64,000 bases of DNA from an uncultured Bacteroidales bacterium (GCA_942493385.1 OW818699.1:658507-722506); one strand, 5' to 3'. Counted from the stretch's first letter, positions 36,598 through 47,532 are shown. The notes: a model not told the origin generated them from the letters alone. A program made the numbers and translations.

Positions 36598-38637
36598 TTA
36601 TTTCACTGATGAACCGTTTACCAACGTTTTTGAAGGCTCAACAAACTCCAGCTTGCCATCCGAATTCTCAGCCATCAGGATCATGCCCTGAGATTCAATG
36701 CCCCGCAAAGTGCGCGGTTCCAAGTTCACCAGGATACTGACCTGGCGCCCCACGACCTCTTCTGGTTTGAAATGTTCGGCAATACCAGAAACGACCGTCC
36801 GTTGGTCGAATCCGGTGTCGATTTTCAGCTTCATCAACTTGCTGGTTTTTGGAACCAGTTCAGCCTCCAAAACGGTTCCGATTCGAATGTCCATGGCGGC
36901 AAATTGCTCGTAGGTGATGTTTTCCTTGGCAGGTGCAGCTTTCCAACTGCTGGCCTCGTTCGCCTTTTTGGTATCCAATAGCTTCTGAACTTGAGCCTCA
37001 ATGGCAGCGTCTTCGATCTTATCGAACAACAGTTCAGGTGTTGGTGTTTGTTGACCTTCTTTCAACAAATCGATGCGACCCAGCTTTTCCCATTTAAAGT
37101 CGCTCATGCCCAACATGGTGCGGAGTTTATCGGAGGTGAACGGCAGGAAAGGCTCGAATGCAATGGCCAAGTTGGCCGAAATCTGCAAGCTCAGGTGCAA
37201 AATGGTGGCTACACGATCCATATCCGTCTTGGCCACTTTCCAAGGTTCGGTGTCGGCCAAGTATTTATTACCGATGCGGGCCAAGTTCATGGCTTCCTTC
37301 TGCGCATCGCGGAAACGGAACACATCCAGATAGGCTTCAACATCCTTTTTCACACTGACGAACTCCTCGATGGTGGCCAGATCGTATTCAGTCAAAACAC
37401 CTTTCGGCGGAACTTTGCCTTCGAAGTATTTGTGTGTCAGTACCATGGTTCGGTTGATGAAGTTTCCGAACACTGCCACCAGCTCGTTGTTGTTGCGAGC
37501 CTGGAAGTCTTTCCAGGTGAAGTCGTTGTCCTTGGTTTCAGGAGCGTTGGCGGTGAGCACGTAACGCAAAACGTCCTGTTTACCAGGGAAATCCAATAAG
37601 TATTCGTGCAGCCAAACCGCCCAATTGCGGGAGGTGGAGATTTTGTCGCCTTCCAGGTTCAGAAATTCGTTGGCCGGTACGTTTTCAGGCAGGATGAAAC
37701 TTCCTTCCGCTTTCAACATAGCTGGGAACACGATGCAGTGAAACACGATGTTGTCTTTGCCAATGAAGTGCAAGAGGCGGGTGTCTTCGTCCTTCCACCA
37801 TTTTTCCCAACTGTCGGGCAGCAATTCAACGGTGTTGGAAATATAACCGATGGGTGCATCAAACCAGACATACAATACTTTACCCTCAGCACCAGCCACC
37901 GGGACAGGAATGCCCCAGTCCAGGTCACGACTAACAGCACGAGGCTGTAGACCCATGTCTAGCCAGCTTTTGCATTGGCCATAGACATTGGATTTCCATT
38001 CCTTGTGCTCTTCCAAAATCCATTGGCGCAGGAACGGTTCGTGTTTGTCCAACGGGAGGTACCAATGCTTGGTTTCGCGTAAGACAGGAGCGTTTCCGCT
38101 GATCATCGAATGCGGATTGATCAGGTCGGTCGCATTTAGGGAGGTGCCACATGCTTCGCACTGGTCGCCGTAGGCCCGTTCGTTTTTGCAATGCGGGCAA
38201 GTGCCTACGATGTAGCGGTCGGCGAGAAATTGTTTGGCTTCCTCGTCGTAATATTGTTCGGTGGTTTTCTCGATGAATTCACCCTTTTCGTAGAGTTTCA
38301 GGAAGAAATCCGAGGCTACTTTGTGGTGCGTTTTGGAGGTGGTGCGCGAGTAAATGTCGAAGGATATGCCGAAATCCACGAATGCTTTTTTAATGATGCC
38401 GTGGTATCGATCCACAATGACTTGGGGGCTCACGCCTTCGTTTTTGGCCTTCAACGTGATGGGAACACCGTGCTCATCGGATCCTCCGATAAATAGGACA
38501 TCCTGATTTTTCAGGCGCAGGTAGCGCACATAAATATCGGCAGGCACATAGACTCCAGCCAGATGCCCGATGTGCACTGGGCCGTTGGCATAAGGCAATG
38601 CAGCGGTGACGGTTGTCCGTTTAAAACTTTTGCTCAT
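36598..38637 (-). CDS. metG: methionine--tRNA ligase
   Basis: Start at [28 protein letters not shown] (HIGH motif). Zinc knuckle CPHCKN..CEACG, KISTSRN (KMSKS-like) and a C-terminal tRNA-binding domain. Confidence 0.95.
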   Translation of the reverse strand: MSKSFKRTTVTAALPYANGPVHIGHLAGVYVPADIYVRYLRLKNQDVLFIGGSDEHGVPITLKAKNEGVSPQVIVDRYHGIIKKAFVDFGISFDIYSRTTSKTHHKVASDFFLKLYEKGEFIEKTTEQYYDEEAKQFLADRYIVGTCPHCKNERAYGDQCEACGTSLNATDLINPHSMISGNAPVLRETKHWYLPLDKHEPFLRQWILEEHKEWKSNVYGQCKSWLDMGLQPRAVSRDLDWGIPVPVAGAEGKVLYVWFDAPIGYISNTVELLPDSWEKWWKDEDTRLLHFIGKDNIVFHCIVFPAMLKAEGSFILPENVPANEFLNLEGDKISTSRNWAVWLHEYLLDFPGKQDVLRYVLTANAPETKDNDFTWKDFQARNNNELVAVFGNFINRTMVLTHKYFEGKVPPKGVLTEYDLATIEEFVSVKKDVEAYLDVFRFRDAQKEAMNLARIGNKYLADTEPWKVAKTDMDRVATILHLSLQISANLAIAFEPFLPFTSDKLRTMLGMSDFKWEKLGRIDLLKEGQQTPTPELLFDKIEDAAIEAQVQKLLDTKKANEASSWKAAPAKENITYEQFAAMDIRIGTVLEAELVPKTSKLMKLKIDTGFDQRTVVSGIAEHFKPEEVVGRQVSILVNLEPRTLRGIESQGMILMAENSDGKLEFVEPSKTLVNGSSVK

Positions 38638-38739
38638 GTTTGTTCGAATATTATAAACAGTCGTTTTTCGTGATTCGGCATAGTCGAAGCAAGCTTCGCC
38701 TCTGCACTCGCTACTTAAAACGTTCTTTAAATTTGAACG

Positions 38740-38747
38740 CAAAAGTA
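38740..38747 (-). promoter_or_regulatory. candidate -7 box (TACTTTTG) for metG
   Basis: TAnnTTTG match 103 nt upstream of ATG 38637, which implies a leader of about 95 nt. Confidence 0.3.
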
Positions 38748-38762
38748 CCAAAAAAAATGGTT

Positions 38763-39719
38763 TTAGGCTATTCGGACACCCCTGACTTTAAGGTCCTCGA
38801 TGTAGGTTCCAATGTGACGGTCGATTTTATCTTCAAAAATATCGTCCACATTGATCATGATGCCGGTTTCCTCCACATCTCCAAGAACATCGTGCACACA
38901 GGTACCGAACACACGCATGGTGGGAGAAAGATTCATGTACGCGTTTACCAACGGCGGTATGTTTCTACTCAGATTTCGAACGTGTGTATTCAAAATCTTG
39001 TAGTTTTCCTTAAAGTCCGAACCGGTGAAAATTGTGCTCAGTTTGGCCAGGTCCATCTTGGTGTTCAGTGAAATGCGCGGATAGATGAGTCGCTCTGGAT
39101 CTGGGAAGTGGCGGTGTAAAAAATACAGGATCATGTTTCGTCCCTCTTCTCCGAAGTCCGGGTACATGGTCACTTTGCCGAAGAAATATTTCAAGCCTGG
39201 GTATTCAATAATCAGTGCGCCGAGACCATCCCATAGGTTGTCCATCACAAACAAGGCCTTGGAACCTGCTTCAGAAGATTGATAACCCACTGCGACAAAG
39301 GAGCGACCGAGTTCGATGGTGTACGGAAGGTATTCCTGAATGAAGAGTTTGGAATAGTAGAACAAATGAGAGGAAGAGAACAGCAAACCACCGTCATCCA
39401 TGCGAGGAACCTCTTTGCCGTGGATGAAACGATATCCACCCATGATTTCTTGACGCTCAGGATTCCAAACGATCAACTGCTTATAGGGTTGATCCATGGT
39501 ATCGAATTCGTCGATATCCACCGCTTCACCAGTGCCTCCGCCCGAATGTCGGTAGGCTTCTTCGCGGAGACGACCAATTTCCTGCATGGTATTGGGCGCA
39601 TTCTGATGCGTTACGATGTATAATTCGTTGTTGGCCTTGTTGGTGCTCCGGAAGAATCGATCCTTTGTCAATTCGGCGCAAATCAGATCTTTGGAAACGG
39701 GAGGAATTATGGTTGTCAT
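38763..39719 (-). CDS. glsB: hemolysin-like GNAT N-acyltransferase (GlsB/OlsB-type, N-acyl amino acid lipid synthesis)
   Basis: [17 protein letters not shown]...[17 protein letters not shown] resembles the Acetyltransf_5 family. It is adjacent to a PlsC-type acyltransferase gene, as in the Bacteroides glycine-lipid locus. Confidence 0.75.
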   Translation of the reverse strand: MTTIIPPVSKDLICAELTKDRFFRSTNKANNELYIVTHQNAPNTMQEIGRLREEAYRHSGGGTGEAVDIDEFDTMDQPYKQLIVWNPERQEIMGGYRFIHGKEVPRMDDGGLLFSSSHLFYYSKLFIQEYLPYTIELGRSFVAVGYQSSEAGSKALFVMDNLWDGLGALIIEYPGLKYFFGKVTMYPDFGEEGRNMILYFLHRHFPDPERLIYPRISLNTKMDLAKLSTIFTGSDFKENYKILNTHVRNLSRNIPPLVNAYMNLSPTMRVFGTCVHDVLGDVEETGIMINVDDIFEDKIDRHIGTYIEDLKVRGVRIA

Positions 39720-39724
39720 AAGAG

Positions 39725-40645
39725 TTATTTTTTTAAACCGAGAGCCAGAGTTTCATTCCTGACATAATCGGCCCATTCTTGGTGGGTTTTACTAGAATCG
39801 AACGTGGAGCAGGGGATGGGCTTTCCGAATTTGATTTTGAAAGTTTTGCCACGTTGTTTGAACATTTCGTCCGAAAGGTACAACATTTCAAAGTTGGTCT
39901 TGACGCCGAGAAATGTTCTAAGACTGGCCAGGTTGTAAAAAAAATTGGAATTTCGTCCTTCAAAATAGACAGGAACAACGTCCCGGTTGGATTCGATGGA
40001 CTTTGGAATGAATGATTTCTGCCATTTCAATTCGGTGATTACTCCTTTCACTCGTCGGGAGCAAATTCCGGCAGGAAAAATGACCATTTGCTCGTCGGAT
40101 GCATACGCTTCGCTCAGACGTTGAGGCAAGGAGCGTTGTTGGGACTTATTTCCAATTTTATTGACTTCAACAAACACGGGTCGAAGGTTTTCAATATTGG
40201 TAAGCAAGTCGTTTGAAATGAAGCGGATTCCTTGCTTCGGGTACCGTTTGTATACTTCAAATCCAGTTGCCAAGCCATCGATACCGCCCAAGGGATGGTT
40301 GCCTACAAAGGTGAAACGTCCTTCTGGTAATTCTTCCAGACCTTCACAGGTGACTTCCAAACCGATAAACTTGACAGATGCTTCGACAAACTCGATTCCA
40401 GAAACTCCTTCTTGTTCATTTAGAAAGATGTTGATTTCATCCTGGTGAGCGATGCGTTCCAAATAGCGAATCAGGAATTCGGGAACTTTTTTATTCGGTG
40501 CTTTGGAATGCAATATTTCCCGAACGTTGATTTTCAACACTTTACTTTGAACCTCTTTTTCCAATAGTTCCTCTTTTTTGATTTTATACCCTGCAAAAGT
40601 ACCGAAATTTGGAGTAATAAAAAAATGACTTGCTTCAAATGACAT
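39725..40645 (-). CDS. glsA: lysophospholipid/PlsC-type O-acyltransferase (GlsA-like)
   Basis: FVGNHPLGGIDG (HX4D-like NHxxxxD) and VIFPAGICSR motifs. ATG 40645 is preferred over the TTG at 40672. Confidence 0.7.
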   Translation of the reverse strand: MSFEASHFFITPNFGTFAGYKIKKEELLEKEVQSKVLKINVREILHSKAPNKKVPEFLIRYLERIAHQDEINIFLNEQEGVSGIEFVEASVKFIGLEVTCEGLEELPEGRFTFVGNHPLGGIDGLATGFEVYKRYPKQGIRFISNDLLTNIENLRPVFVEVNKIGNKSQQRSLPQRLSEAYASDEQMVIFPAGICSRRVKGVITELKWQKSFIPKSIESNRDVVPVYFEGRNSNFFYNLASLRTFLGVKTNFEMLYLSDEMFKQRGKTFKIKFGKPIPCSTFDSSKTHQEWADYVRNETLALGLKK

Positions 40646-40787
40646 TAAATCTTCAAGACAAAAACAAGACAAAAATCGCCCCTTTTAATTATTAACAATA
40701 CAGTTTTAAAAAAACAGTTGAAAACTTAGTTAAGATTCAATGGACTAAGTAGATAGCATGTTGATAACTAGTTGATAACACCTTCAT

Positions 40788-40795
40788 TACTTTTG
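40788..40795 (+). promoter_or_regulatory. candidate distal -7 box (TACTTTTG) of the dcw operon
   Basis: TAnnTTTG match 86 nt upstream of the mraZ ATG, just upstream of the GTG-repeat operator. Confidence 0.35.
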
Positions 40796-40807
40796 TTGAT
40801 AAAAATT

Positions 40808-40833
40808 GTGGGGAAATGTGTGGTAAAGTGGAG
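40808..40833 (+). promoter_or_regulatory. candidate MraZ operator: three GTG(G/T)(G/A)G direct repeats at exact 10-bp spacing
   Basis: GTGGGG at 40808, GTGTGG at 40818 and GTGGAG at 40828. This is the same repeat type and periodicity as described for MraZ boxes upstream of mraZ in other bacteria. Confidence 0.55.
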
Positions 40834-40842
40834 TGTATTCTG

Positions 40843-40850
40843 TATTTTTG
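40843..40850 (+). promoter_or_regulatory. candidate proximal -7 box (TATTTTTG) of the dcw operon
   Basis: TAnnTTTG match 31 nt upstream of the mraZ ATG. The extended TGTATTTTTGTAC is identical to the box at 59446-59458. Confidence 0.45.
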
Positions 40851-40880
40851 TACGAATTTAACTAGCATAAACAGCAGCAA

Positions 40881-41324
40881 ATGCGATTCTTAGGGAACAT
40901 AGTAGCAAAATTGGATGTCAAGAACCGGGTTTTCATACCTGCGGCATTTAGAAAACAGCTTCTTCAGGTCGAAGGACAGAAGTTGTATTTGCGAAAGGAT
41001 GTTTTCCAAAATTGCATCACGGTATATACCCTTGACGTTTGGGAAGAAGAGTTGCTCAACCTGCGGGCCAGTCTCAACCGTTGGGAACCAGAGCAACAGG
41101 AACTGTACCGGCAGTTTATGATTGACGCGGAGGAAGTAATCCCTGACAGTAGCGGCCGGATACTGATATCCAAACAGTTGCTCAACTTGGTCGGTATCGA
41201 AACAGAAGTCCGCTTTCTTGGAGTGGACAATACCTTGGAAATTTGGCCCAAAGAGGCTTTGGAAAAGCCCCGTGTTGCTCCGGAAGTGTTCGGGCAAAAG
41301 ATGCGGGAACTCCTGACAAAATAA
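40881..41324 (+). CDS. mraZ: transcriptional regulator MraZ
   Basis: MRFLGNIVAKLDVKNRVFIPAAFRKQL and a second SpoVT/AbrB-like repeat (DSSGRILISKQL). First gene of the dcw cluster. Confidence 0.9.
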   Translation: MRFLGNIVAKLDVKNRVFIPAAFRKQLLQVEGQKLYLRKDVFQNCITVYTLDVWEEELLNLRASLNRWEPEQQELYRQFMIDAEEVIPDSSGRILISKQLLNLVGIETEVRFLGVDNTLEIWPKEALEKPRVAPEVFGQKMRELLTK

Positions 41325-41339
41325 CTAATCAACTTTACC

Positions 41340-42242
41340 ATGAGTGAATACCATGTCCCCGTAATGCTTCAGGCGTGTATGGACGGTTTGGCCATCAAGC
41401 CGAACGGCGTCTATGTGGATGTGACCTTCGGTGGTGGAGGGCATTCCAAGGAAATCATCAAATACCTCAAAAAGGGCAAGCTCTATGGTTTCGACCAGGA
41501 CGAGGATGCCGAACAGAACATACCCGACGATCCACGATTTATCTTTGTTCGGAGCAATTTCCGATACCTCAGCAATTTTCTGAAATTTCACGGAGAAACA
41601 CAGGTGGACGGCATACTGGCTGACCTTGGCGTTTCCTCCCACCACTTTGACGACAACGAACGGGGCTTCTCCTTCCGCTTTGAAGATGGTGCCCTGGATA
41701 TGCGTATGAACCAAAAGGCAGGCATGAAAGCTTCCGATGTGGTGAATCGTTATACCGAGGAACAGTTGGCTAACGTTTTCTACCAATACGGCGAATTGAA
41801 AAATTCGAGGAGAATTGCTTCGGCACTGGTTCAAGCGCGTATGGAAGAACCAATTGAAACTGTCGCTGATTTTCTGCAAATCATACGTCCATTTTTCTTT
41901 CGTGAAAAGGAGAAAAAAGACATGGCAAGAGTCTTTCAGGCCTTGCGCATCGAGGTGAACCAAGAAATGCAGGCACTGGAAGAAATGTTGCTTCAGTCGC
42001 TGGAAGCCTTAAAGCCTGGTGGCCGCATGGTGGTGATGACCTATCATTCGCTCGAGGACCGATTGGTGAAGAACTTCTTCAAGACCGGCAATTTTGAAGG
42101 CAAAAGCGAACAGGATTTCTACGGAAATTTCCTGACTCCTTTCAAGCTCATCAACAACAAAGTGATCATAGCCGACGAGCAGGAGCAGGCGCTGAATCCA
42201 AGATCCAGAAGTGCCAAATTACGCATCGTCGAAAAGAAATAG
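41340..42242 (+). CDS. rsmH: 16S rRNA (cytosine1402-N4)-methyltransferase
   Basis: HVPVML, DVTFGGGGHS and DLGVSSHHFD motifs. Confidence 0.95.
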   Translation: MSEYHVPVMLQACMDGLAIKPNGVYVDVTFGGGGHSKEIIKYLKKGKLYGFDQDEDAEQNIPDDPRFIFVRSNFRYLSNFLKFHGETQVDGILADLGVSSHHFDDNERGFSFRFEDGALDMRMNQKAGMKASDVVNRYTEEQLANVFYQYGELKNSRRIASALVQARMEEPIETVADFLQIIRPFFFREKEKKDMARVFQALRIEVNQEMQALEEMLLQSLEALKPGGRMVVMTYHSLEDRLVKNFFKTGNFEGKSEQDFYGNFLTPFKLINNKVIIADEQEQALNPRSRSAKLRIVEKK

Positions 42243-42243
42243 T

Positions 42244-42627
42244 ATGGACAACGATAAAACTGCCAAAAAACTCCAGAAAAAAGGTAACCGCAAGGCGTCT
42301 TACCGAGTATTTCTGAACGATATGCTGGACGGCTCCTTCCTAACGAAGGATGTCATGCGCAGGAATGCAGGGTTACTGCTGTTGATGGTCGGTTTGATCA
42401 TTGTTTACATCAGCAATCATTATGCCGTCATCATGCGTTTGTCCGAGATTGATTCCCTCCAGAAGGAACTGACCGAAGCCAAATACGAAGCGCTTACCCG
42501 CACCTCCGACCTGATGCGCGAAAGCAGACAGTCGTTTGTGCAGGACTTGATGACTCAAAAGGGAATGACGCTGGAAGTTTCAAAGACCCCACCTTTTACG
42601 ATTGCATTGGACATTGAGGAAAAATAA
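42244..42627 (+). CDS. ftsL: FtsL-like cell division protein
   Basis: Start at MDNDKTAKK (42244). Single TM helix (AGLLLLMVGLIIVYISNHY) followed by a coiled-coil-like segment. Position between rsmH and ftsI. Confidence 0.7.
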   Translation: MDNDKTAKKLQKKGNRKASYRVFLNDMLDGSFLTKDVMRRNAGLLLLMVGLIIVYISNHYAVIMRLSEIDSLQKELTEAKYEALTRTSDLMRESRQSFVQDLMTQKGMTLEVSKTPPFTIALDIEEK

Positions 42628-42628
42628 A

Positions 42629-44797
42629 ATGGACGAACAACCAAAAAACAACCAGCAGAACGAGGAAATCCGCAAGGAAATCCGAAATCGGTATACCATC
42701 CTGGTGGTGTTGTTTGTCATACCCGTGATCCTGATTTTGTACAATGTCGCCAAAATCCAGTTTGTTGAGGGCAAAGCCTGGAACAAAGAAGCGTTCAAGG
42801 ACAGACAGGAAAACAGAGATGTGCCTGCCAACCGAGGCAACATCCTTTCCTGCGACGGTCAGCTGATGGCCAGCACGGTCCCAAATTATACGCTTCTGAT
42901 GGATTTCAAGACCGTTGATGAAGATACGTTGATGAAGTATCTGCTCCCGTTGAGCTCCCGTCTTGCCGCAAAGCTGAAGGACAAATCCCCATTCCAGTAC
43001 CAGCAACACCTCATCAAAGGGTTAAGAAAGCAGAGTACCGCCTGGCAGGTGAGTCGAGTAAAAATAAACTATCTGGATATGAAGGAAATCTATACGTTTC
43101 CATTATTCAGTAAAGGACAATACAAGAGTGGTTTGTACGTGCGTAAATACCTGCAACGTAAGAAACCGTTCGGATCGCTGGCTTCGAGAACTATCGGAGA
43201 TATTTACGGTGATTTCACCAAAGGCGGTAAAAACGGTTTGGAACTTCAATACGATACCCTGCTGAAAGGGCAGTCCGGCAAATGCGTGAACAGGAAGATC
43301 GCCGGCAAGTACATGGACGTCAACGAAGTGAACCCGGTAGATGGCATCGATTTGGTAACGACCATTGATGTCACCATGCAGGATATTGCAGAAACGGCTC
43401 TTCGTCGCGAGTTGAATCGAATTCATGGTTCCTCGGGTACGGTGGTCTTGATGGAAGTCGCCACGGGCGAAGTCAAAGCCATCAGCAACTTAGGATTGAC
43501 CACTTCCGGCGAGTATGCCGAAACCAAGAATTTTGCCGTTTCCGACCAAAGCGAACCGGGTTCCACGTTCAAGACGTTCTCCATGATCGTTGGATTGGAA
43601 GACGGGTACATTCATCCGGACGACCCAGTGGATGCGGAAGGTGGAGTGGTGGTGATGTACAAACAGTTCATGCGCGACCACAATGCCGACAAGGGTGGTT
43701 ACGGTATGATTACAGCAAAAAAAGCAATCTGGGTTTCGTCCAACATCGGTGTTTCCAAACTGATTGACCGGTATTACCATTCGCAGCCGATGAAGTACAT
43801 AGAAGGACTGAAGCGGTTGGGCTTGTTTGACAAGATGAAGCTGGAGATTCCGGGTTCAGCCAGTCCGAGAATTCCTTATCCAGGTTGTAAATTTTACTAT
43901 TGGTCGCCGGGTTCATTGCCTTGGATGTCCATCGGTTATGTGGCGACGGTGCCTCCCATTTATACCTTGTCCCTCTACAATGCCATTGCCAACAACGGGA
44001 AACTCATTCGACCTTTCTTTGTAAAAGGCTTCTCCAGAGACGGCCAAATGGTACAGGAATTCACGACTGAAACCATTCGCGAGAAGATTTGCTCTGACAA
44101 CACCCTGACGCAGATTCGCCTGATGCTGGACAGCGTGGTTGGTGGCCCTGGAACGGGTAAATTCATAAAGACAGACGTGGTTACCATTGCTGGAAAAACT
44201 GGAACGGCGCAATTAAATTACGGTGCAGGAGGAGGTTTGAGCCATCAGGTTTCTTTTTGTGGATATTTTCCAGCCGATAAGCCCAAATACAGCGGCATAG
44301 TCGTAATTCGTGACCCCAAGGGCGAAAAGCCTTCTGGCGGACATCAGGCAGGTGGTGTTTATAAAGAAATGGCTGAACGGATTTATGCAAGAGCTTTGAG
44401 GCTTCAGCCGGGAGATCCAACTCCGAATGAGAAGAAAAAAACTGCGAAGGCAGATTCCCTGAAACCACTTTACCCGCTTGTAAAAGCAGGAAGCCGTTCC
44501 GCAATGAAGGTAGCACTGACGACCATGAACGTGCCTGTCACTGGCATTTCGTCCAAAGGTTCAGAGTGGGTGGAGCTGCAAACTGCGGGACGCTCCGTTC
44601 AATTGATTTCGCGTCCCATCACTGGCAAATTCATGCCGAATGTCTTGAACATGGGCGCCAGGGATGCTGTTTATTTGTTGGGAAATATGGGCTTGGATAT
44701 TGTATTGAGCGGACACGGAAAGGTCTGCAAGCAATCCATACAGCCTGGAACATACATACGCAAGGGCCAGCGCATCGGCCTTACATTGGAAAATTAA
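42629..44797 (+). CDS. ftsI: penicillin-binding protein 3-like transpeptidase
   Basis: TM anchor, PBP dimerisation region, transpeptidase motifs STFK (GSTFKTFS), SSN (VSSNIG) and KTGT (AGKTGTAQ), and C-terminal PASTA-like repeats. Confidence 0.9.
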   Translation: MDEQPKNNQQNEEIRKEIRNRYTILVVLFVIPVILILYNVAKIQFVEGKAWNKEAFKDRQENRDVPANRGNILSCDGQLMASTVPNYTLLMDFKTVDEDTLMKYLLPLSSRLAAKLKDKSPFQYQQHLIKGLRKQSTAWQVSRVKINYLDMKEIYTFPLFSKGQYKSGLYVRKYLQRKKPFGSLASRTIGDIYGDFTKGGKNGLELQYDTLLKGQSGKCVNRKIAGKYMDVNEVNPVDGIDLVTTIDVTMQDIAETALRRELNRIHGSSGTVVLMEVATGEVKAISNLGLTTSGEYAETKNFAVSDQSEPGSTFKTFSMIVGLEDGYIHPDDPVDAEGGVVVMYKQFMRDHNADKGGYGMITAKKAIWVSSNIGVSKLIDRYYHSQPMKYIEGLKRLGLFDKMKLEIPGSASPRIPYPGCKFYYWSPGSLPWMSIGYVATVPPIYTLSLYNAIANNGKLIRPFFVKGFSRDGQMVQEFTTETIREKICSDNTLTQIRLMLDSVVGGPGTGKFIKTDVVTIAGKTGTAQLNYGAGGGLSHQVSFCGYFPADKPKYSGIVVIRDPKGEKPSGGHQAGGVYKEMAERIYARALRLQPGDPTPNEKKKTAKADSLKPLYPLVKAGSRSAMKVALTTMNVPVTGISSKGSEWVELQTAGRSVQLISRPITGKFMPNVLNMGARDAVYLLGNMGLDIVLSGHGKVCKQSIQPGTYIRKGQRIGLTLEN

Positions 44798-44808
44798 AAT
44801 AATTGGGC

Positions 44809-46260
44809 ATGATACTCAGCGACCTAATCAAGGACCTGGTCCTCAAAAACTGCATCGGAACGACGAATGTAGAAATCACGAACCTGTGCTTCGATTCCCG
44901 TAAAGCGGAACAAGGTTCCCTTTTTGTGGCTCAAAAAGGAACCCAATCGGATGGACATCAATACATTCTTCAAGTCATTGAAAAAGGAGCTGTTGCCATC
45001 GTGTGTCAGGATCTTCCCTTGATCCAACCTACCGGCATTTGTTTCCTTCAGGTGGAAAGTAGTGATGAGGCACTCGGCATTCTTGCCTGCAATTGGTTTG
45101 GAAATCCTTCCAAAAAACTGCAACTGGTCGGTGTGACCGGAACCAACGGTAAAACCACCATTGCGTCACTTTTGTACGAAGTCTTCCGTAAGTTCGGCCA
45201 CAAAGCCGGCTTGCTCTCTACCGTTTGCAATTATGTGGACGATGAGGCAATTCACGCGACTCACACCACGCCCGATGCTTTGGCAATCAACGAGCTGCTG
45301 GCCAGAATGGTTTCAGCCGGTTGTGACTATGCCTTTATGGAAGTGAGCTCGCACGCGGTCGATCAACGCCGTATTGCCGGATTGCAATTTGTTGGGGGCA
45401 TCTTTACCAATCTGACGCGCGACCATCTGGATTACCATTTGACGGTGGAAAATTACCTGAAAGCCAAAAAACGCTTTTTCGATGACCTTCCCAAGGACGC
45501 TTTTGCTTTGACCAACGCCGACGACAAAAACGGTTCGGTGATGCTTCAGAATACCAAAGCGAGCAAGTACGATTATTCCACGCGGACACTGGCCGATTTC
45601 AAGGCGCGTGTGCTGGAAAACCATTTCGAAGGCATGCAGCTTGAAATCAACGGACGGGAAGTAAGTGTCCAATTCATCGGGCTTTTCAACGTGTCCAACC
45701 TGCTGGCCATTTATGGAGCAGCTTGTTTGTTGGGCAAAGATCCGGAAGAGGTGCTCGTGGTTTTGAGTACACTGAAACCGGTTTCGGGCCGTCTTGAATT
45801 CTTGCGTTCGCCCAACGGATTCCTCGCCATCGTCGATTATGCACATACGCCAGATGCCCTCAAAAATGTTTTGAAAAGCATCAATGAACTGGTGGAAGGC
45901 GAAGTCATCACGGTGGTGGGTGCCGGTGGAAACCGCGACAAGGGCAAGCGACCCATCATGGCCAAGGAAGCGCTGGCAGGCAGTCATAAGGTGATATTGA
46001 CTTCGGACAATCCTCGTTTTGAAGAACCACAGGACATTCTGAACGATATGTACGAGGGCGTCGATGCTGGTGATCGGACCAGAGTGCTTTGCATTGTGGA
46101 TCGCAAGGAAGCCATTCGCACCGCTTGCATGCTGGCCAAGCCGGGTGATGTGATACTTGTCGCCGGCAAGGGACATGAGGATTATCAAGACATCAAGGGT
46201 ACCAAATATCCCTTTGACGATAAGAAAGTGATTGCAGAAGTTTACTCCACCATGAAATAA
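44809..46260 (+). CDS. murE: UDP-N-acetylmuramoyl-L-alanyl-D-glutamate--2,6-diaminopimelate ligase
   Basis: [11 protein letters not shown]-loop and a DNPR motif (TSDNPRFE) typical of meso-DAP-adding MurE. ATG 44809. Confidence 0.9.
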   Translation: MILSDLIKDLVLKNCIGTTNVEITNLCFDSRKAEQGSLFVAQKGTQSDGHQYILQVIEKGAVAIVCQDLPLIQPTGICFLQVESSDEALGILACNWFGNPSKKLQLVGVTGTNGKTTIASLLYEVFRKFGHKAGLLSTVCNYVDDEAIHATHTTPDALAINELLARMVSAGCDYAFMEVSSHAVDQRRIAGLQFVGGIFTNLTRDHLDYHLTVENYLKAKKRFFDDLPKDAFALTNADDKNGSVMLQNTKASKYDYSTRTLADFKARVLENHFEGMQLEINGREVSVQFIGLFNVSNLLAIYGAACLLGKDPEEVLVVLSTLKPVSGRLEFLRSPNGFLAIVDYAHTPDALKNVLKSINELVEGEVITVVGAGGNRDKGKRPIMAKEALAGSHKVILTSDNPRFEEPQDILNDMYEGVDAGDRTRVLCIVDRKEAIRTACMLAKPGDVILVAGKGHEDYQDIKGTKYPFDDKKVIAEVYSTMK

Positions 46261-46270
46261 CACCAGAGCC

Positions 46271-47530
46271 ATGTTTGTAGAACTTTTCAGATACTTGGAT
46301 TCACTGGATTTCCCCGGAGCCGGGATGTTCCAGTACATTTCATTCCGATCAGCATTGGCCTTTATCCTGTCCATGTTCATCGCAACGACCATCGGCAAGA
46401 AAATCATAGCCAAACTGCAAATGAAGCAGATCGGGGAAACCATCCGCGATCTCGATTTGGAAGGCCAGATGAGTAAGAGAGGTACACCGACCATGGGTGG
46501 AATCATCATCCTTTTGGCCATACTCATCCCAGTGTTGTTGCTGACCAAACTGAACAACATTTACATCATTCTGATGGTGGCTTCCACCGTTTGGTTGGGC
46601 ATCATCGGCTTTACAGACGACTACATCAAGGTTTTCAAAAAAGACAAGGAAGGGCTGAAAGGCGTTTTCAAGATCCTTGGACAGGTTGGTATTGGTCTAA
46701 TTGTCGGGATGGTCCTTTACTTAAGTCCGCAAGTGGTGATTCGTGAGAATGTGGAAGTGTTCCGCAACGAAAAGGTTCAAAATGTGAATTACAATCAGGA
46801 CGAGGTGAAATCTACAAAAACTACGATTCCTTTCTTCAAGAACAACAACATGGATTATGCCGGTTTGTTCAACAAGATGAAAGAGCACAAACAAGCAGCA
46901 GGTTGGATTCTATTCATAGTGGTGGTTATCTTTATTGTTACCGCTGTTTCCAATGGAGCAAATTTGACCGACGGTTTGGATGGGTTGGCCACAGGTTCTT
47001 CGGCCATAATCGGGGTGGTACTCTTGGTGTTGGCATATGTGTCGTCCAACATCGTGTGGGCTTCTTACCTGAACATCATGTACATACCCGGGACGGAAGA
47101 ACTGGTGGTCTATGCAGCCGCCTTTATCGGGGCAACCATCGGTTTCCTTTGGTACAACTCGTATCCGGCGCAGGTATTTATGGGTGATACGGGTAGCTTG
47201 ATGCTGGGTGGTGTCATTGCCATATTCTCCATCATCATCCGCAAGGAATTGCTCATACCAATATTCTGCGGCATCTTTCTGGTGGAAGCTCTGTCGGTGA
47301 TGATGCAGCGTTACTACTTCAAATACACGAAATTACGGTTTGGGGTGGGAAAACGAATTCTCAAGATGGCACCCTTGCACCACCATTTTCAAAAACAAGG
47401 ATTTGCCGGTATCGATGCTCTCATTCAAAAACCATCCAGAGCCATTCCCGAATCAAAAATCACCATTCGTTTCTGGATTGTGGGCATGATTTTGGCTGTT
47501 CTGGCTATTGCAACCCTTAAAATGCGTTGA
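46271..47530 (+). CDS. mraY: phospho-N-acetylmuramoyl-pentapeptide transferase
   Basis: GTPTMGG, NGANLTDGLDGLA, MGDTGSL and PLHHHF motifs. Confidence 0.95.
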   Translation: MFVELFRYLDSLDFPGAGMFQYISFRSALAFILSMFIATTIGKKIIAKLQMKQIGETIRDLDLEGQMSKRGTPTMGGIIILLAILIPVLLLTKLNNIYIILMVASTVWLGIIGFTDDYIKVFKKDKEGLKGVFKILGQVGIGLIVGMVLYLSPQVVIRENVEVFRNEKVQNVNYNQDEVKSTKTTIPFFKNNNMDYAGLFNKMKEHKQAAGWILFIVVVIFIVTAVSNGANLTDGLDGLATGSSAIIGVVLLVLAYVSSNIVWASYLNIMYIPGTEELVVYAAAFIGATIGFLWYNSYPAQVFMGDTGSLMLGGVIAIFSIIIRKELLIPIFCGIFLVEALSVMMQRYYFKYTKLRFGVGKRILKMAPLHHHFQKQGFAGIDALIQKPSRAIPESKITIRFWIVGMILAVLAIATLKMR

Positions 47531-47532
47531 TC

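Noticed and set aside
40654-40675. Tandem 11-mer CAAGACAAAAA x2 (minus strand TTTTTGTCTTG x2) immediately upstream of the glsA-like ATG.
   Set aside because: It has only two copies and low complexity. It lies between an alternative TTG start and the preferred ATG. It cannot be distinguished from chance or from part of the 5' UTR.
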